A stretch of DNA of 24,000 nt from the NCBI GenBank assembly GCA_020025205.1, contig JAHHSO010000003.1, positions 67,728 through 91,727 of the forward strand, written 5' to 3'. This document shows positions 16,656 to 24,000 of the stretch, in pieces; position 1 is the first letter of the stretch; every line of letters starts with the position of its first letter. Below the pieces are notes generated by a model. The model worked only from the letters and a program-made list of their open reading frames with translations. It was not told the origin of the DNA and did no database searches. This DNA is from Christensenellaceae bacterium. Lineage in GTDB: Bacteria > Bacillota > Clostridia > Christensenellales > Aristaeellaceae. The position numbers and the translations under genes are program-made.

Positions 16656-17050
16656 AACTTTGCTTTCCTGCTAATGGTTCCAAGAACACCATTGACAAAC
16701 GAGCAGGAGGTTTCGTTGGAGTACTTGCGGGTCAGTTCAACCGCTTCATTGATTGCTACCGCTGCCGCAAGTTCCATATACTGCATTTCAAATACAGCCA
16801 AACGCAGAATTGCAAGATCCACGCGGGACAGACGCTCAATCGTCCAGCCGCGCAGGCAAGACGCGATTTCCGCATCAATTTCAGCGGCATGTTCCTTTAC
16901 TCCGGAAACAACAGTATTTATGTATTCTTTGTCGCTTTCGTTAGGAGTATAGTCAATCAGATCAACCAGCGTCTCCGCTGTGCCCGCTCCTCCGAAAAGT
17001 TGTTCAAAAATGAGCTGCATTGCAGCTTCGCGCGCAAAAGGACGTGCCAT
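16652..17050 (-). CDS. nusB: Transcription antitermination factor NusB
   Basis: 132 aa: MARPFAREAAMQLIFEQLFG...NESDKEYINTVVSGV...LSRVDLAILRLAVFEMQYM...AVAINEAVELTRKYSNETSCSFVNGVLGTI. Confidence 0.95.
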   Translation of the reverse strand: MARPFAREAAMQLIFEQLFGGAGTAETLVDLIDYTPNESDKEYINTVVSGVKEHAAEIDAEIASCLRGWTIERLSRVDLAILRLAVFEMQYMELAAAVAINEAVELTRKYSNETSCSFVNGVLGTISRKAKL

Positions 17051-17132
17051 TCTTCATTTGCTCCGTTCCGTATTTCTTAGTCCATGCCATGCATGGCGTA
17101 AATGGGCATTATTCTGCCGCCCTGACAGGATG

Positions 17133-17165
17133 AAAAGGCGCGGCGGAACTCGCCGCCCGCGCCTT
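17133..17165 (-). terminator. Intrinsic terminator downstream of DUF2273 gene
   Basis: Minus strand AAGGCGCG-g-GCGG-cgagtt-CCGC-CGCGCCTT-TTC, a GC-rich stem with a single bulge and short T run. Confidence 0.65.
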
Positions 17166-17169
17166 CCAA

Positions 17170-17415
17170 TCATTCATAACGATCCGTGTGGTCATTATGA
17201 AAAAAATTGACCAAATTGCGGATAAACGCCTTCTTGTCCTTCACCTTGCCAAAGAAACCGCCAATGAGGCAGAACACGCCAATCAGCAGCGCTTTGGCAA
17301 CGCCAATCGTCAGACAAAGCACTGCAAAGATCAACCCTAAAACGACCCCGAAAATCATGCAGGGTGTTGTCCCCGGGATGAACATTTCCTTTACAAACGT
17401 CTTCCAATCTTTCAT
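17170..17415 (-). CDS. DUF2273 family small membrane protein
   Basis: MKDWKTFVKEMFIPGTTPCMIFGVVLGLIFAVLCLTIGVAKALLIGVFCLIGGFFGKVKDKKAFIRNLVNFF, next to Asp23/AmaP genes. Confidence 0.85.
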   Translation of the reverse strand: MKDWKTFVKEMFIPGTTPCMIFGVVLGLIFAVLCLTIGVAKALLIGVFCLIGGFFGKVKDKKAFIRNLVNFFHNDHTDRYE

Positions 17416-18191
17416 GCCTGTTCCTCCGGAAGTTCCTCTTTCTGTTCTTCGCTGCATACGTCAGAATCCTCTGCTGCTGCAGGTTCAGCGTCAGAAAGTT
17501 CAGCTTCGGAAACTGCGGTTTCAAGTTCATCAGCCTCAACTGCTGCTTCAACCGCCGTTTCCCCTTCTTTCGGTTCTTGCAGCTGATTATCTGTGGACAA
17601 GCCCAGAAAATCAGCCGGAATAGCATACGGGGACTTGGTTGTTTCTTCGTCAGAAGGAATGGTGCTGTCTACAAAAATGCGCACTTCCTGCACCATGACG
17701 CCCGAACAGGCTTCCAGATACTTCTTGATCTGCTTTTGAAGCGCCGAAATTGCCAGCGGCATACTGATGTCAGACTGAAGCGCGATGTGTACATCCACAC
17801 GAATACTCTCTTCGTCGCTGAACAAGGACGAATTCACGACTTTCAGTTCCGCATGTTCATCCAAGCACTTCTTCACAAGTGCATCCAGCGCCTTGAGAGA
17901 AATGCGAACCATGCCATTCTCATTGCGCTGAATCGCATAATTGCTGGAACGCTTTTTCCCCGCCGGCAAAGTCATGCCGATAAGCAGCAGGAAAAGCGCA
18001 GCAAACACAGCGCCAACAAGTACGATAATCGCTTTTGTCAGCAGGCTTGCCATATTGATCTGCGCAGCCGCCGCGGCAATTGTATCTACAGAAATCCGCC
18101 CCATCAGAAGCATCACCGAGCCCGCCGCGCCGCAAAGCGCCGCCAGCGCGCACAGCAGAATCAGTATTCTATCTCCAACAGGATGTTTCAC
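17412..18191 (-). CDS. amaP: Alkaline shock response membrane anchor protein AmaP-like
   Basis: Two N-terminal TM segments, then SLKALDALVKKCLDEHAELKVVNSSLFSDEESIRVDVHIAL...ALQKQIKKYLEACSGVMVQEVRIFVD. Adjacent to asp23; long acidic C-terminal tail. Confidence 0.85.
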   Translation of the reverse strand: MKHPVGDRILILLCALAALCGAAGSVMLLMGRISVDTIAAAAAQINMASLLTKAIIVLVGAVFAALFLLLIGMTLPAGKKRSSNYAIQRNENGMVRISLKALDALVKKCLDEHAELKVVNSSLFSDEESIRVDVHIALQSDISMPLAISALQKQIKKYLEACSGVMVQEVRIFVDSTIPSDEETTKSPYAIPADFLGLSTDNQLQEPKEGETAVEAAVEADELETAVSEAELSDAEPAAAEDSDVCSEEQKEELPEEQA

Positions 18192-18219
18192 AACGTATTT
18201 CCTCCTTCATGGCCTTTGA

Positions 18220-18735
18220 TTACTCTTCTGTCGCTTCCGTTTCCAGCTCGTCTTCCTTCTGGAGCTCGTTCTCTTCAATAATCTCAACCGTGCTCTCTTC
18301 CAGCGCGTGCTGTTCTTCCTCTGCTTCGATGCTCAGAGCCAGCTTCTGACTCTGCTGCAATTCTTCATTCTCTTTTTCAAAGCTGACGCCAACTACATGC
18401 AGATCCACTTTTTCCACATGCAGTCCCGTCATGGATTCAATGGACTTCCGGACGTTTTCCTGTGCATTGCGGCCAACTTTCTGAATTGGCATGCCGTAAT
18501 CCACTGTCACGCTGACATCAACACTGACATCTTTTCCATCCATCTCTACGCGCACGCCGCGGGGCGCTTTGTTCTTTGCAAGCAGGCCGCTGATGCTGCC
18601 CGCACCTGCAATGCCCGAAATGCCGTCCACCTCGTTGGTAGCCACACTGACAATGGTAGAAATGACCTCATTGGCGTATGTGATCTGACCGTTATCCTGA
18701 TCTCTTTCCATATCAATGGTCACATTTTCGTTCAT
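18220..18735 (-). CDS. Asp23/Gls24 family envelope stress response protein
   Basis: GQITYANEVISTIVSVATNEVDGISGIAGAGSISG...GVRVEMDGKDVSVDVSVTVDYGMPIQKVGRNAQENVRKSIESMTGLHVEKVDLHVVGVSFE. Confidence 0.95.
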   Translation of the reverse strand: MNENVTIDMERDQDNGQITYANEVISTIVSVATNEVDGISGIAGAGSISGLLAKNKAPRGVRVEMDGKDVSVDVSVTVDYGMPIQKVGRNAQENVRKSIESMTGLHVEKVDLHVVGVSFEKENEELQQSQKLALSIEAEEEQHALEESTVEIIEENELQKEDELETEATEE

Positions 18736-18765
18736 TTCAAAAACACCTCCCTATGGATATTCATT

Positions 18766-18794
18766 AGTATAGCAGATTTTTGTCTTTTACACAA
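18766..18794 (-). promoter_or_regulatory. Putative promoter of the asp23-amaP-DUF2273 unit
   Basis: Minus strand TTGTGT (18794-18789), 17-nt spacer, TATACT (18771-18766), followed by GGGAGG RBS. Confidence 0.6.
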
Positions 18795-18804
18795 TTCCAA
18801 ATGT

Positions 18805-19263
18805 TCATTTTTTTGCGAGAATGATTTTTATATCTTCCCCGGACACGCCAAGCAGTCCCGAAACCGCTCCCGTCATGCGCGTTCTTTTCTTTTCGCTGTC
18901 TGCATTTTTTTCTGTTGTCACAATCGTTACTCCCCCCTCTGCGCATAGGACGGATGTATTTTCAAATCCCATTTCACAAAGCATTTTTTCTGCCTGTTTC
19001 TCCATATCCAGCCGCTTTGCAATCTTCACTTTTTCAGCAAGCGCGCCGTCTTTTGTCTCTCTGGAAGCTGTCGGATCATTGATCACGCTGTCAAGAAGCT
19101 CAATCGCCTGATCCTCTTCTTCGTAAACAACCGTCACCGGTACGCTGACCGCTGTATCTGCCCGATATGCACCCGCATACCCGCATACTGCCAGCAATGC
19201 CAGCAGCGCCGCCCCGCAAACCATGTGAAAGACATTCTCCTTATTGACAATCTGCCCTTTCAT
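18805..19263 (-). CDS. spoIIIAH: Stage III sporulation protein AH-like
   Basis: MKGQIVNKENVFHMVCGAALLALLAVCGYAGAY...KVKIAKRLDMEKQAEKMLCEMGFENTSVLCAEGGVTIVT. Last gene of the spoIIIA cluster; start re-assigned from 19338. Confidence 0.85.
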   Translation of the reverse strand: MKGQIVNKENVFHMVCGAALLALLAVCGYAGAYRADTAVSVPVTVVYEEEDQAIELLDSVINDPTASRETKDGALAEKVKIAKRLDMEKQAEKMLCEMGFENTSVLCAEGGVTIVTTEKNADSEKKRTRMTGAVSGLLGVSGEDIKIILAKK

Positions 19264-19280
19264 CAATTCTCTCCTCCTGC

Positions 19281-19625
19281 TCATTTTCCTGCTGCAACCA
19301 CGCTGACAGCTGACGATGGAAGTCCTAAAAGTGTACAAAGCGCCTGTGTCAGCTGGATATTGACCAGCGGATCATCGGCCCCCTGTGCCACAGCCACCGC
19401 CCCGCAGGGCACTTCTTCCTCTGCGCCGCCCCATGCGCCTGCTCTTTTTGCTGTCATCACCACAACATCCACCTTTCCCGCCCCTTCCATCTTGGAAAGC
19501 ACACGTCCGGCGCGTGCTTCCAGTTCCGTCCCTTCCTTTGGAAAAAAGAGAGCGCATGCCAGGAGCAATGCTGCAAACAACGCAACTGTCTGCGGTGTCA
19601 GCACCGCTCGAAGCCGTTCAAACAT
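19281..19625 (-). CDS. spoIIIAG: SpoIIIAG-like protein, short form (114 aa)
   Basis: N-terminal TM, GAGKVDVVVMT, then VPCGAVAVAQGADDPLVNIQLTQALCTLLGLPSSAVSVV, the SpoIIIAG C-terminal signature. Correct synteny. Confidence 0.85.
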   Translation of the reverse strand: MFERLRAVLTPQTVALFAALLLACALFFPKEGTELEARAGRVLSKMEGAGKVDVVVMTAKRAGAWGGAEEEVPCGAVAVAQGADDPLVNIQLTQALCTLLGLPSSAVSVVAAGK

Positions 19626-19642
19626 CTGCTCTCTCCTTTCCG

Positions 19643-19858
19643 TCAGCCGATGAGGCTCTGAAGCATGTCTGCAAAACTCTGCGCGGATATAACGCCGTCA
19701 AGAATCTCCCTCGCGCCATGAAGCGTTAAATGAAGCATCAGGAGCCCGCCAATCATCCGTATGCTGCCGCGCATCTCATTTTCCCCCAGTGCCATTTCCA
19801 GCAGCGCACTGACCGCGCACAACGCGCACAGCCGACCAATAAGCGTCATCATCCGCAA
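19643..19858 (-). CDS. spoIIIAF: SpoIIIAF-like protein, very short form (71 aa)
   Basis: MRMMTLIGRLCALCAVSALLEMALGENEMRGSIRMIGGLLMLHLTLHGAREIL: two-TM N-terminal region of SpoIIIAF in the expected position between AE and AG. Confidence 0.75.
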   Translation of the reverse strand: MRMMTLIGRLCALCAVSALLEMALGENEMRGSIRMIGGLLMLHLTLHGAREILDGVISAQSFADMLQSLIG

Positions 19859-19863
19859 GCCTC

Positions 19864-21003
19864 CTATCTGAGCATTACCGTTAAATTGCCCACCAGAAGC
19901 ACCTGAACAATCAGCAGAAAATACATCGTTCCCACGCAGAGCATTGTGATGAAAAACAACACAATCGTCCTGGAAAAATCACCGATCGCACCAATGACCT
20001 CCGCATCTGCCACCGGCTCCAGAAGTGCCGCGCTGAGCTTCAAAATGAACACGACAGCAAGCGTGCGCATCATCGGCCCCAGAAGCACCGCTGCCAGCAC
20101 GAGCACCGCTGCTACACCCAACGCATTTTTGACAATCAGCGTGCATCCAACCAGCGTGTCCATCGTATCTGAAAACATGCCGCCGACAACCGGCACAAAG
20201 TTGTCCACCGCATATTTTGCCGCGCGAATCGCCACCCCATCCACAGATGCCCGAACGACTCCCTGAAGCGACATCGCGCCAAGAAATACTGTAAAGCTTA
20301 TACCCAGCAGCCAGCAGACAGCGCTGCGCAGCAGCTGCGCCATGCGCGTCAAATGCGCCCTGTCCGACAGGTGATTCACCGTCGTCACTGCACAGGTACA
20401 CATCACCAGACGCAAAATCACCTCCCGCGCCAGAAACACCATGCTGCCCGATGCCGCCGCAACCATCGGATGAAGAAACACAGAAGAAGCGCTTCCCCCA
20501 AGAGCCGTTAAAAGCGTCAGAAGCATGGGCAGCATCTGTTCCATTCGTTGTGTCATGCTCATGATGGTTTTCCTTGCGTGTTCCAGTTCGCCCATCACAA
20601 GGAGAACAACAGGAGTTATAATCAGAACAAAGCATGCACTCCTGCTCAGCGCTGTCAGCGCATCTTTCTGTGCCGCAAGCGTATGTGCCAGCAGGCTGGA
20701 CAAGAGCACCGGGAGCATGATGGCAAGCATCACCCTGCCCGTCCCGTTTAATGCATCAAAAAAAGCCCTGAACACAGCGGTGAGTGCGTCCTCCGGCGTC
20801 ATTGTCTCCCCGGATGCAATCGCGCGCACAGTCTCCTTCACCGATCGTCCGCCAATTTCGATGCCTTCCATCGGCGCAAAATCCAATCCATCCAGAACCT
20901 CGCTGGTCGCCTTGTCCATTTTTTCCCGTGTGTCTTCATCTGCCTTGACAGGAACAACAAAAGCCAGCATCACAAGAAAAATCAAGAGCAGACAACGCTT
21001 CAT
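19864..21003 (-). CDS. spoIIIAE: Stage III sporulation protein AE
   Basis: 379 aa: LDGLDFAPMEGIEIGGRSVKETVRAIASGETMTPEDALTAVFRAFFDAL... and multi-TM ...RAAKYAVDNFVPVVGGMFSDTMDTLVGCTLIVKNALGV. Confidence 0.95.
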   Translation of the reverse strand: MKRCLLLIFLVMLAFVVPVKADEDTREKMDKATSEVLDGLDFAPMEGIEIGGRSVKETVRAIASGETMTPEDALTAVFRAFFDALNGTGRVMLAIMLPVLLSSLLAHTLAAQKDALTALSRSACFVLIITPVVLLVMGELEHARKTIMSMTQRMEQMLPMLLTLLTALGGSASSVFLHPMVAAASGSMVFLAREVILRLVMCTCAVTTVNHLSDRAHLTRMAQLLRSAVCWLLGISFTVFLGAMSLQGVVRASVDGVAIRAAKYAVDNFVPVVGGMFSDTMDTLVGCTLIVKNALGVAAVLVLAAVLLGPMMRTLAVVFILKLSAALLEPVADAEVIGAIGDFSRTIVLFFITMLCVGTMYFLLIVQVLLVGNLTVMLR

Positions 21004-21386
21004 TTCAGCGCCTCCACAGCCATCTGCGTCAGCGATAGAAAGATGGGCATTGCCACGCCAAGCAGCGCCAGCCGCCCGCAGAATTCTGTTCGCCGTGCAA
21101 TGGATGGTGCATCCATATCACGACAAATTTGTGAAGCCAGCTGTGTCACAAGGACAATCCCCATCGCGCGAAGCATCACCTTCATGTACTGTTCGTCCAT
21201 CGCAAGGGATTCAAAAAAACGTTGAATCTGTGCAACATATTCACTTACAGGCTTCAAAAGCATGCCCACCACAAGAATACTGAATGCTGCACACAAAAGC
21301 GCTGCCGCCTGAGGATTCACCTGTCTGAGCACCATCACCATCGCCGCCGCCAGCAGGCACAGGCCGCAAAGCTGCACAAGCGTCAT
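21000..21386 (-). CDS. spoIIIAD: Stage III sporulation protein AD
   Basis: 128 aa: LRQVNPQAAALLCAAFSILVVGMLLKPVSEYVAQIQRFFESLAMDEQYMKVMLRAMGIVLVTQLASQICRDMDAPSIARRTEFCGRLALLGVAMPI. Confidence 0.94.
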   Translation of the reverse strand: MTLVQLCGLCLLAAAMVMVLRQVNPQAAALLCAAFSILVVGMLLKPVSEYVAQIQRFFESLAMDEQYMKVMLRAMGIVLVTQLASQICRDMDAPSIARRTEFCGRLALLGVAMPIFLSLTQMAVEALK

Positions 21387-21401
21387 TTTTTCTGCCCCCT
21401 G

Positions 21402-21605
21402 TCAGTAAAGACCAAATATGCTCTTTACATTATTGAGCAGCTGGGCAACCAGATCAATCACAAGAAAAAGCACTACCACCAGGCCCGCAACGGATGCCAA
21501 TACTGCAATATCATCCCTTCCAGCCTTTTGAAGCACCTGATTGACCGCAAAAACCAATATGCCAACGCCTGCAATCTGAAACAAGAGGTCGATGTTCATG
21601 CCCAT
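21402..21605 (-). CDS. spoIIIAC: Stage III sporulation protein AC
   Basis: 67 aa: MGMNIDLLFQIAGVGILVFAVNQVLQKAGRDDIAVLASVAGLVVVLFLVIDLVAQLLNNVKSIFGLY. Confidence 0.95.
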   Translation of the reverse strand: MGMNIDLLFQIAGVGILVFAVNQVLQKAGRDDIAVLASVAGLVVVLFLVIDLVAQLLNNVKSIFGLY

Positions 21606-21612
21606 CCTCCTT

Positions 21613-22131
21613 TTAAATCAGCAAAAGAAATATTGCCGCGCCTCCGGTTAATCCCAGCGCACGAATCAGCTGTGCACGTCTTCCAGACTCCCTTCGGAGC
21701 GTCTCCTCCCTTGCACGAAGTCGCTCATCCGCTGCATCAATCAGCCGAAGCTGCTCGTCCAGCCCTGTATGACCCAAATCAGAAAGAACACACTCAAACG
21801 CCTGCCGGTCTTCCGCGCTCAGAATACCATAGCCAGCTGTTCCCGCGCTCTCTCCCGAAAAAACCGTAACCAATTGCGGGGTGCTGCTCACCGCCATTCG
21901 ATGGGCGCAAATATGCAGAAGTTTCGTCAATTCGCGTTCTTCACGCGTTGCGCTCAAATCCATTTTTTCCAGAAGTTCAATCAGGCTTGGCCGCTCATAG
22001 CGAATAGCATTGTAAAACCGGACAAGGCAGCGGCGCATCGCCTGAATCCATCTCACGCGCCGCACCTCACCATCCGCAATGAGAAATCCCATTGTGCTCA
22101 CAATCACCATTGCCACAATTGCATTTTCCAT
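21613..22131 (-). CDS. spoIIIAB: Stage III sporulation protein AB
   Basis: GFLIADGEVRRVRWIQAMRRCLVRFYNAIRYERPSLIELLEKM...HKGLDEQL-like region (LSDLGHTGLDEQLRLIDAADERL). Start uncertain (22131 vs ORF-track 22170). Confidence 0.88.
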   Translation of the reverse strand: MENAIVAMVIVSTMGFLIADGEVRRVRWIQAMRRCLVRFYNAIRYERPSLIELLEKMDLSATREERELTKLLHICAHRMAVSSTPQLVTVFSGESAGTAGYGILSAEDRQAFECVLSDLGHTGLDEQLRLIDAADERLRAREETLRRESGRRAQLIRALGLTGGAAIFLLLI

Positions 22132-23008
22132 GCTCCGCCTCCTCATCAAGCAGCTGCCCATCTGCATCATACGCCCGATTCAAACATCCATGATGCCCAA
22201 GAAATACATATCCGTCAAATGTTCCTGCGTCAAGCAGGGCCTTTAAAACAGGCCGATTTTCAACATCCTGCCAGCACTCCGCATGTGCTGAGGCCAGCAG
22301 CCTTGTTCCGCATCGCGCCGCGTCCTCAAGCGCTTTCACATCCGCTTCGTCACCCACCTCGTCTGTGACAATGACTTGCGGCCCCATAGCGCGCAGCAGC
22401 ATCTGTACAGCTTCTGCTTTTCCAGCCCCTTGCATCACGTCTATCTTTTTGCCGGGTTTTATGCCAGAAAATAACTCTTCGCGTTCATCTGCCACTGCCA
22501 CATGCAGCCCGCATTCATCCGACAGCCATCGTGCCGCGTCCCTAAGCACAGTTGTCTTGCCGCATCCCGGCGGGCCAAGAATCAAAAGCCTTTTTCTTTT
22601 TTTAATATATGCTCTGATAGGCAGGCTGGCCCCTGGAATGTCCTTTGACATACGTATACATACCGATGTTACATCGCGCAAGCGCTTTCTTCCGTCTTCT
22701 GTATGAATCAGTTTCCCGCAGACCCCGGCACGATGTCCTCCAGGCAGCGGGATGTACCCCTGCGCCATCTGCGTTTCAAATGCATACCGCGCCAAGCCGC
22801 ACAGCACCGTCACAAGCGCATCCATCTGCGTGCCGTCCAATGCGATCGGCATATCTAACTTCCCATCGGCAAACACAAATTCCACAGGCAGGTCACGCCT
22901 GAAGCGCATTTCCTCCAATGTGCTCAGCTGTTTTGCTGACAGCCCGTGAACAAGCATCGATACCTCCGGCGTCAGCTTTAAATCCTCCGCAAATCCGATT
23001 GCTATCAC
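22067..23008 (-). CDS. spoIIIAA: Stage III sporulation protein AA (ATPase)
   Basis: LEEMRFRRDLPVEF...LPGGHRAGVCGKLI...SVCIRMSKDIPG...LLILGPPGCGKTTVLRDAARWLSD...VAVADEREEL...VIVTDEVGDEADVKALEDAARCGTRLLASAHA. Confidence 0.96.
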   Translation of the reverse strand: MIAIGFAEDLKLTPEVSMLVHGLSAKQLSTLEEMRFRRDLPVEFVFADGKLDMPIALDGTQMDALVTVLCGLARYAFETQMAQGYIPLPGGHRAGVCGKLIHTEDGRKRLRDVTSVCIRMSKDIPGASLPIRAYIKKRKRLLILGPPGCGKTTVLRDAARWLSDECGLHVAVADEREELFSGIKPGKKIDVMQGAGKAEAVQMLLRAMGPQVIVTDEVGDEADVKALEDAARCGTRLLASAHAECWQDVENRPVLKALLDAGTFDGYVFLGHHGCLNRAYDADGQLLDEEAEHGKCNCGNGDCEHNGISHCGW

Positions 23009-23048
23009 CTGCTTTATTGATATCAGCGTTTGCCGCCAGCCATTCAGG

Positions 23049-23082
23049 CAAAAAGAAAACGCAGAGCGGCGTACTCTGCGTT
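23049..23082 (-). terminator. Intrinsic terminator of thiI
   Basis: Minus strand AACGCAGAG-tacgccg-CTCTGCGTT-TTCTTTTTG: perfect 9-bp stem plus T-rich tail. Confidence 0.85.
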
Positions 23083-23106
23083 CATCTTATGATCTTGTAT
23101 GCTGTT

Positions 23107-24000
23107 TTAGCCCACTTCGACGATTTCGGTCTGTTCAATCGCCGCGGCAATCAGCTTGTCACTATCCAGAACCTCTTCTGCCTTGCGGATCAGTTCTTTC
23201 TTGGGATGCGTTGTCGGATGTTTGGGCGTAAAGACTGTACAGCAGTCTTCATACGGCAGTGAAGATGTCTCGAATGTACCAATTTTCTTCGCGCGCTCGA
23301 TTATCTCGCTCTTATCCATGCCAATCATCGGACGGAATATGGGCATGGAAACCACCTCGTCCGTGCAGCCCAACGCTTCCATTGTCTGGCTGGCAACCTG
23401 ACCGACAGACTCGCCTGTAATCAGCGCCTGTGCCCCGTCTTGATTAGCCAGTATTTCGGCAATGCGCATCATATAGCGGCGCATAATCAACGTTGTGTAG
23501 TTGTCCGGGCATTTCTGATGAATCTGCATCTGAATTTCTGTGAACGGCACAACATACACGCGCATCTTGCCGCAGTATTCACTCAACTGACGCGCCAATT
23601 CCAGCACTTTTTCTCTTGCACGTTCGCTGGTATATGGAAACGAATGGTAGTGCACGCAGCACAGCTCAACGCCGCGCTTGGCAATCATGAAACCGGCAAC
23701 CGGGCTGTCAATGCCGCCGGAAAGCAGCAGGCAGGCCTTGCCGTTGGTTCCCATGGGCATGCCTTCGACGGCGGGAATGCGCTCAACAGACAAATATGCT
23801 TTTTCGCGAATTTCAATCATCATCACATGATCGGGATTGTTTACATCAACCTTGAGCTGGGGCAGATGGGACAATATGCAGCCGCCAGCTTGACGCATGA
23901 TTTCCGGCGAATTGAGCGGATATTTTTTGTCCGAGCGGCGCGCCAGCACCTTAAACGTTCCGGATAGCGGGCGCATCATTTCAACTGCTTCCGCGCAGAT
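23107..24000 (-). CDS. thiI: tRNA 4-thiouridine/thiazole sulfurtransferase ThiI, N-terminus beyond window
   Basis: GTFKVLARRSDKKYPLNSPEIMRQAGGCIL...KACLLLSGGIDSPVAGFMIAKRGVELCCVHYHSFPYTSERAREKV...SVGQVASQTMEAL...CTVFTPKHPTTHPK. Frame remains open to 24000. Confidence 0.96.
   Translation of the reverse strand: MCAEAVEMMRPLSGTFKVLARRSDKKYPLNSPEIMRQAGGCILSHLPQLKVDVNNPDHVMMIEIREKAYLSVERIPAVEGMPMGTNGKACLLLSGGIDSPVAGFMIAKRGVELCCVHYHSFPYTSERAREKVLELARQLSEYCGKMRVYVVPFTEIQMQIHQKCPDNYTTLIMRRYMMRIAEILANQDGAQALITGESVGQVASQTMEALGCTDEVVSMPIFRPMIGMDKSEIIERAKKIGTFETSSLPYEDCCTVFTPKHPTTHPKKELIRKAEEVLDSDKLIAAAIEQTEIVEVG

Noticed and set aside
17577-18281. 234-aa plus-strand ORF
   Set aside because: Antisense to the AmaP-like gene, no conserved domain.
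23440-23967. 175-aa plus-strand ORF
   Set aside because: Antisense to thiI, which is strongly supported.
1-24000. Mobile elements, phage genes, defence systems, CRISPR, tRNA or rRNA genes
   Set aside because: None recognised; the window is dominated by conserved housekeeping and sporulation genes.

Overview
This window looks like a chromosomal segment of a spore-forming Firmicute (Clostridia-like). Most genes lie on the minus strand. In minus-strand transcription order the main block is: thiI (partial), spoIIIAA-AB-AC-AD-AE-AF-AG-AH, asp23, amaP-like, DUF2273, nusB, a TsaD/Kae1-like paralogue, folD, xseA, xseB, ispA, DUF212/divergent PAP2, a ~600-nt non-coding RNA locus, oapA-like membrane protein, dxs, tlyA, nadK, argR, recN. 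A VanW/SH3-like gene is on the plus strand. A Pro/Thr-rich linker protein with a PQQ-like beta-propeller and a partial glpK are on the minus strand at the left end. The standout is the ~602-nt gap at about 11410-12011 (minus strand). It has no credible protein, a consensus promoter (TTGAAA-17-TATAAT) at one end, an intrinsic terminator at the other, a 7-bp helix pairing its 5' and 3' ends, and several internal perfect helices. It lies immediately upstream of a 185-aa multi-TM protein resembling the OLE-associated protein, between the ispA/xse genes and dxs/tlyA/argR/recN. Length, polarity, partner gene and neighbourhood together match an OLE (Ornate, Large, Extremophilic) RNA locus. All calls are by reading; no database search was run.
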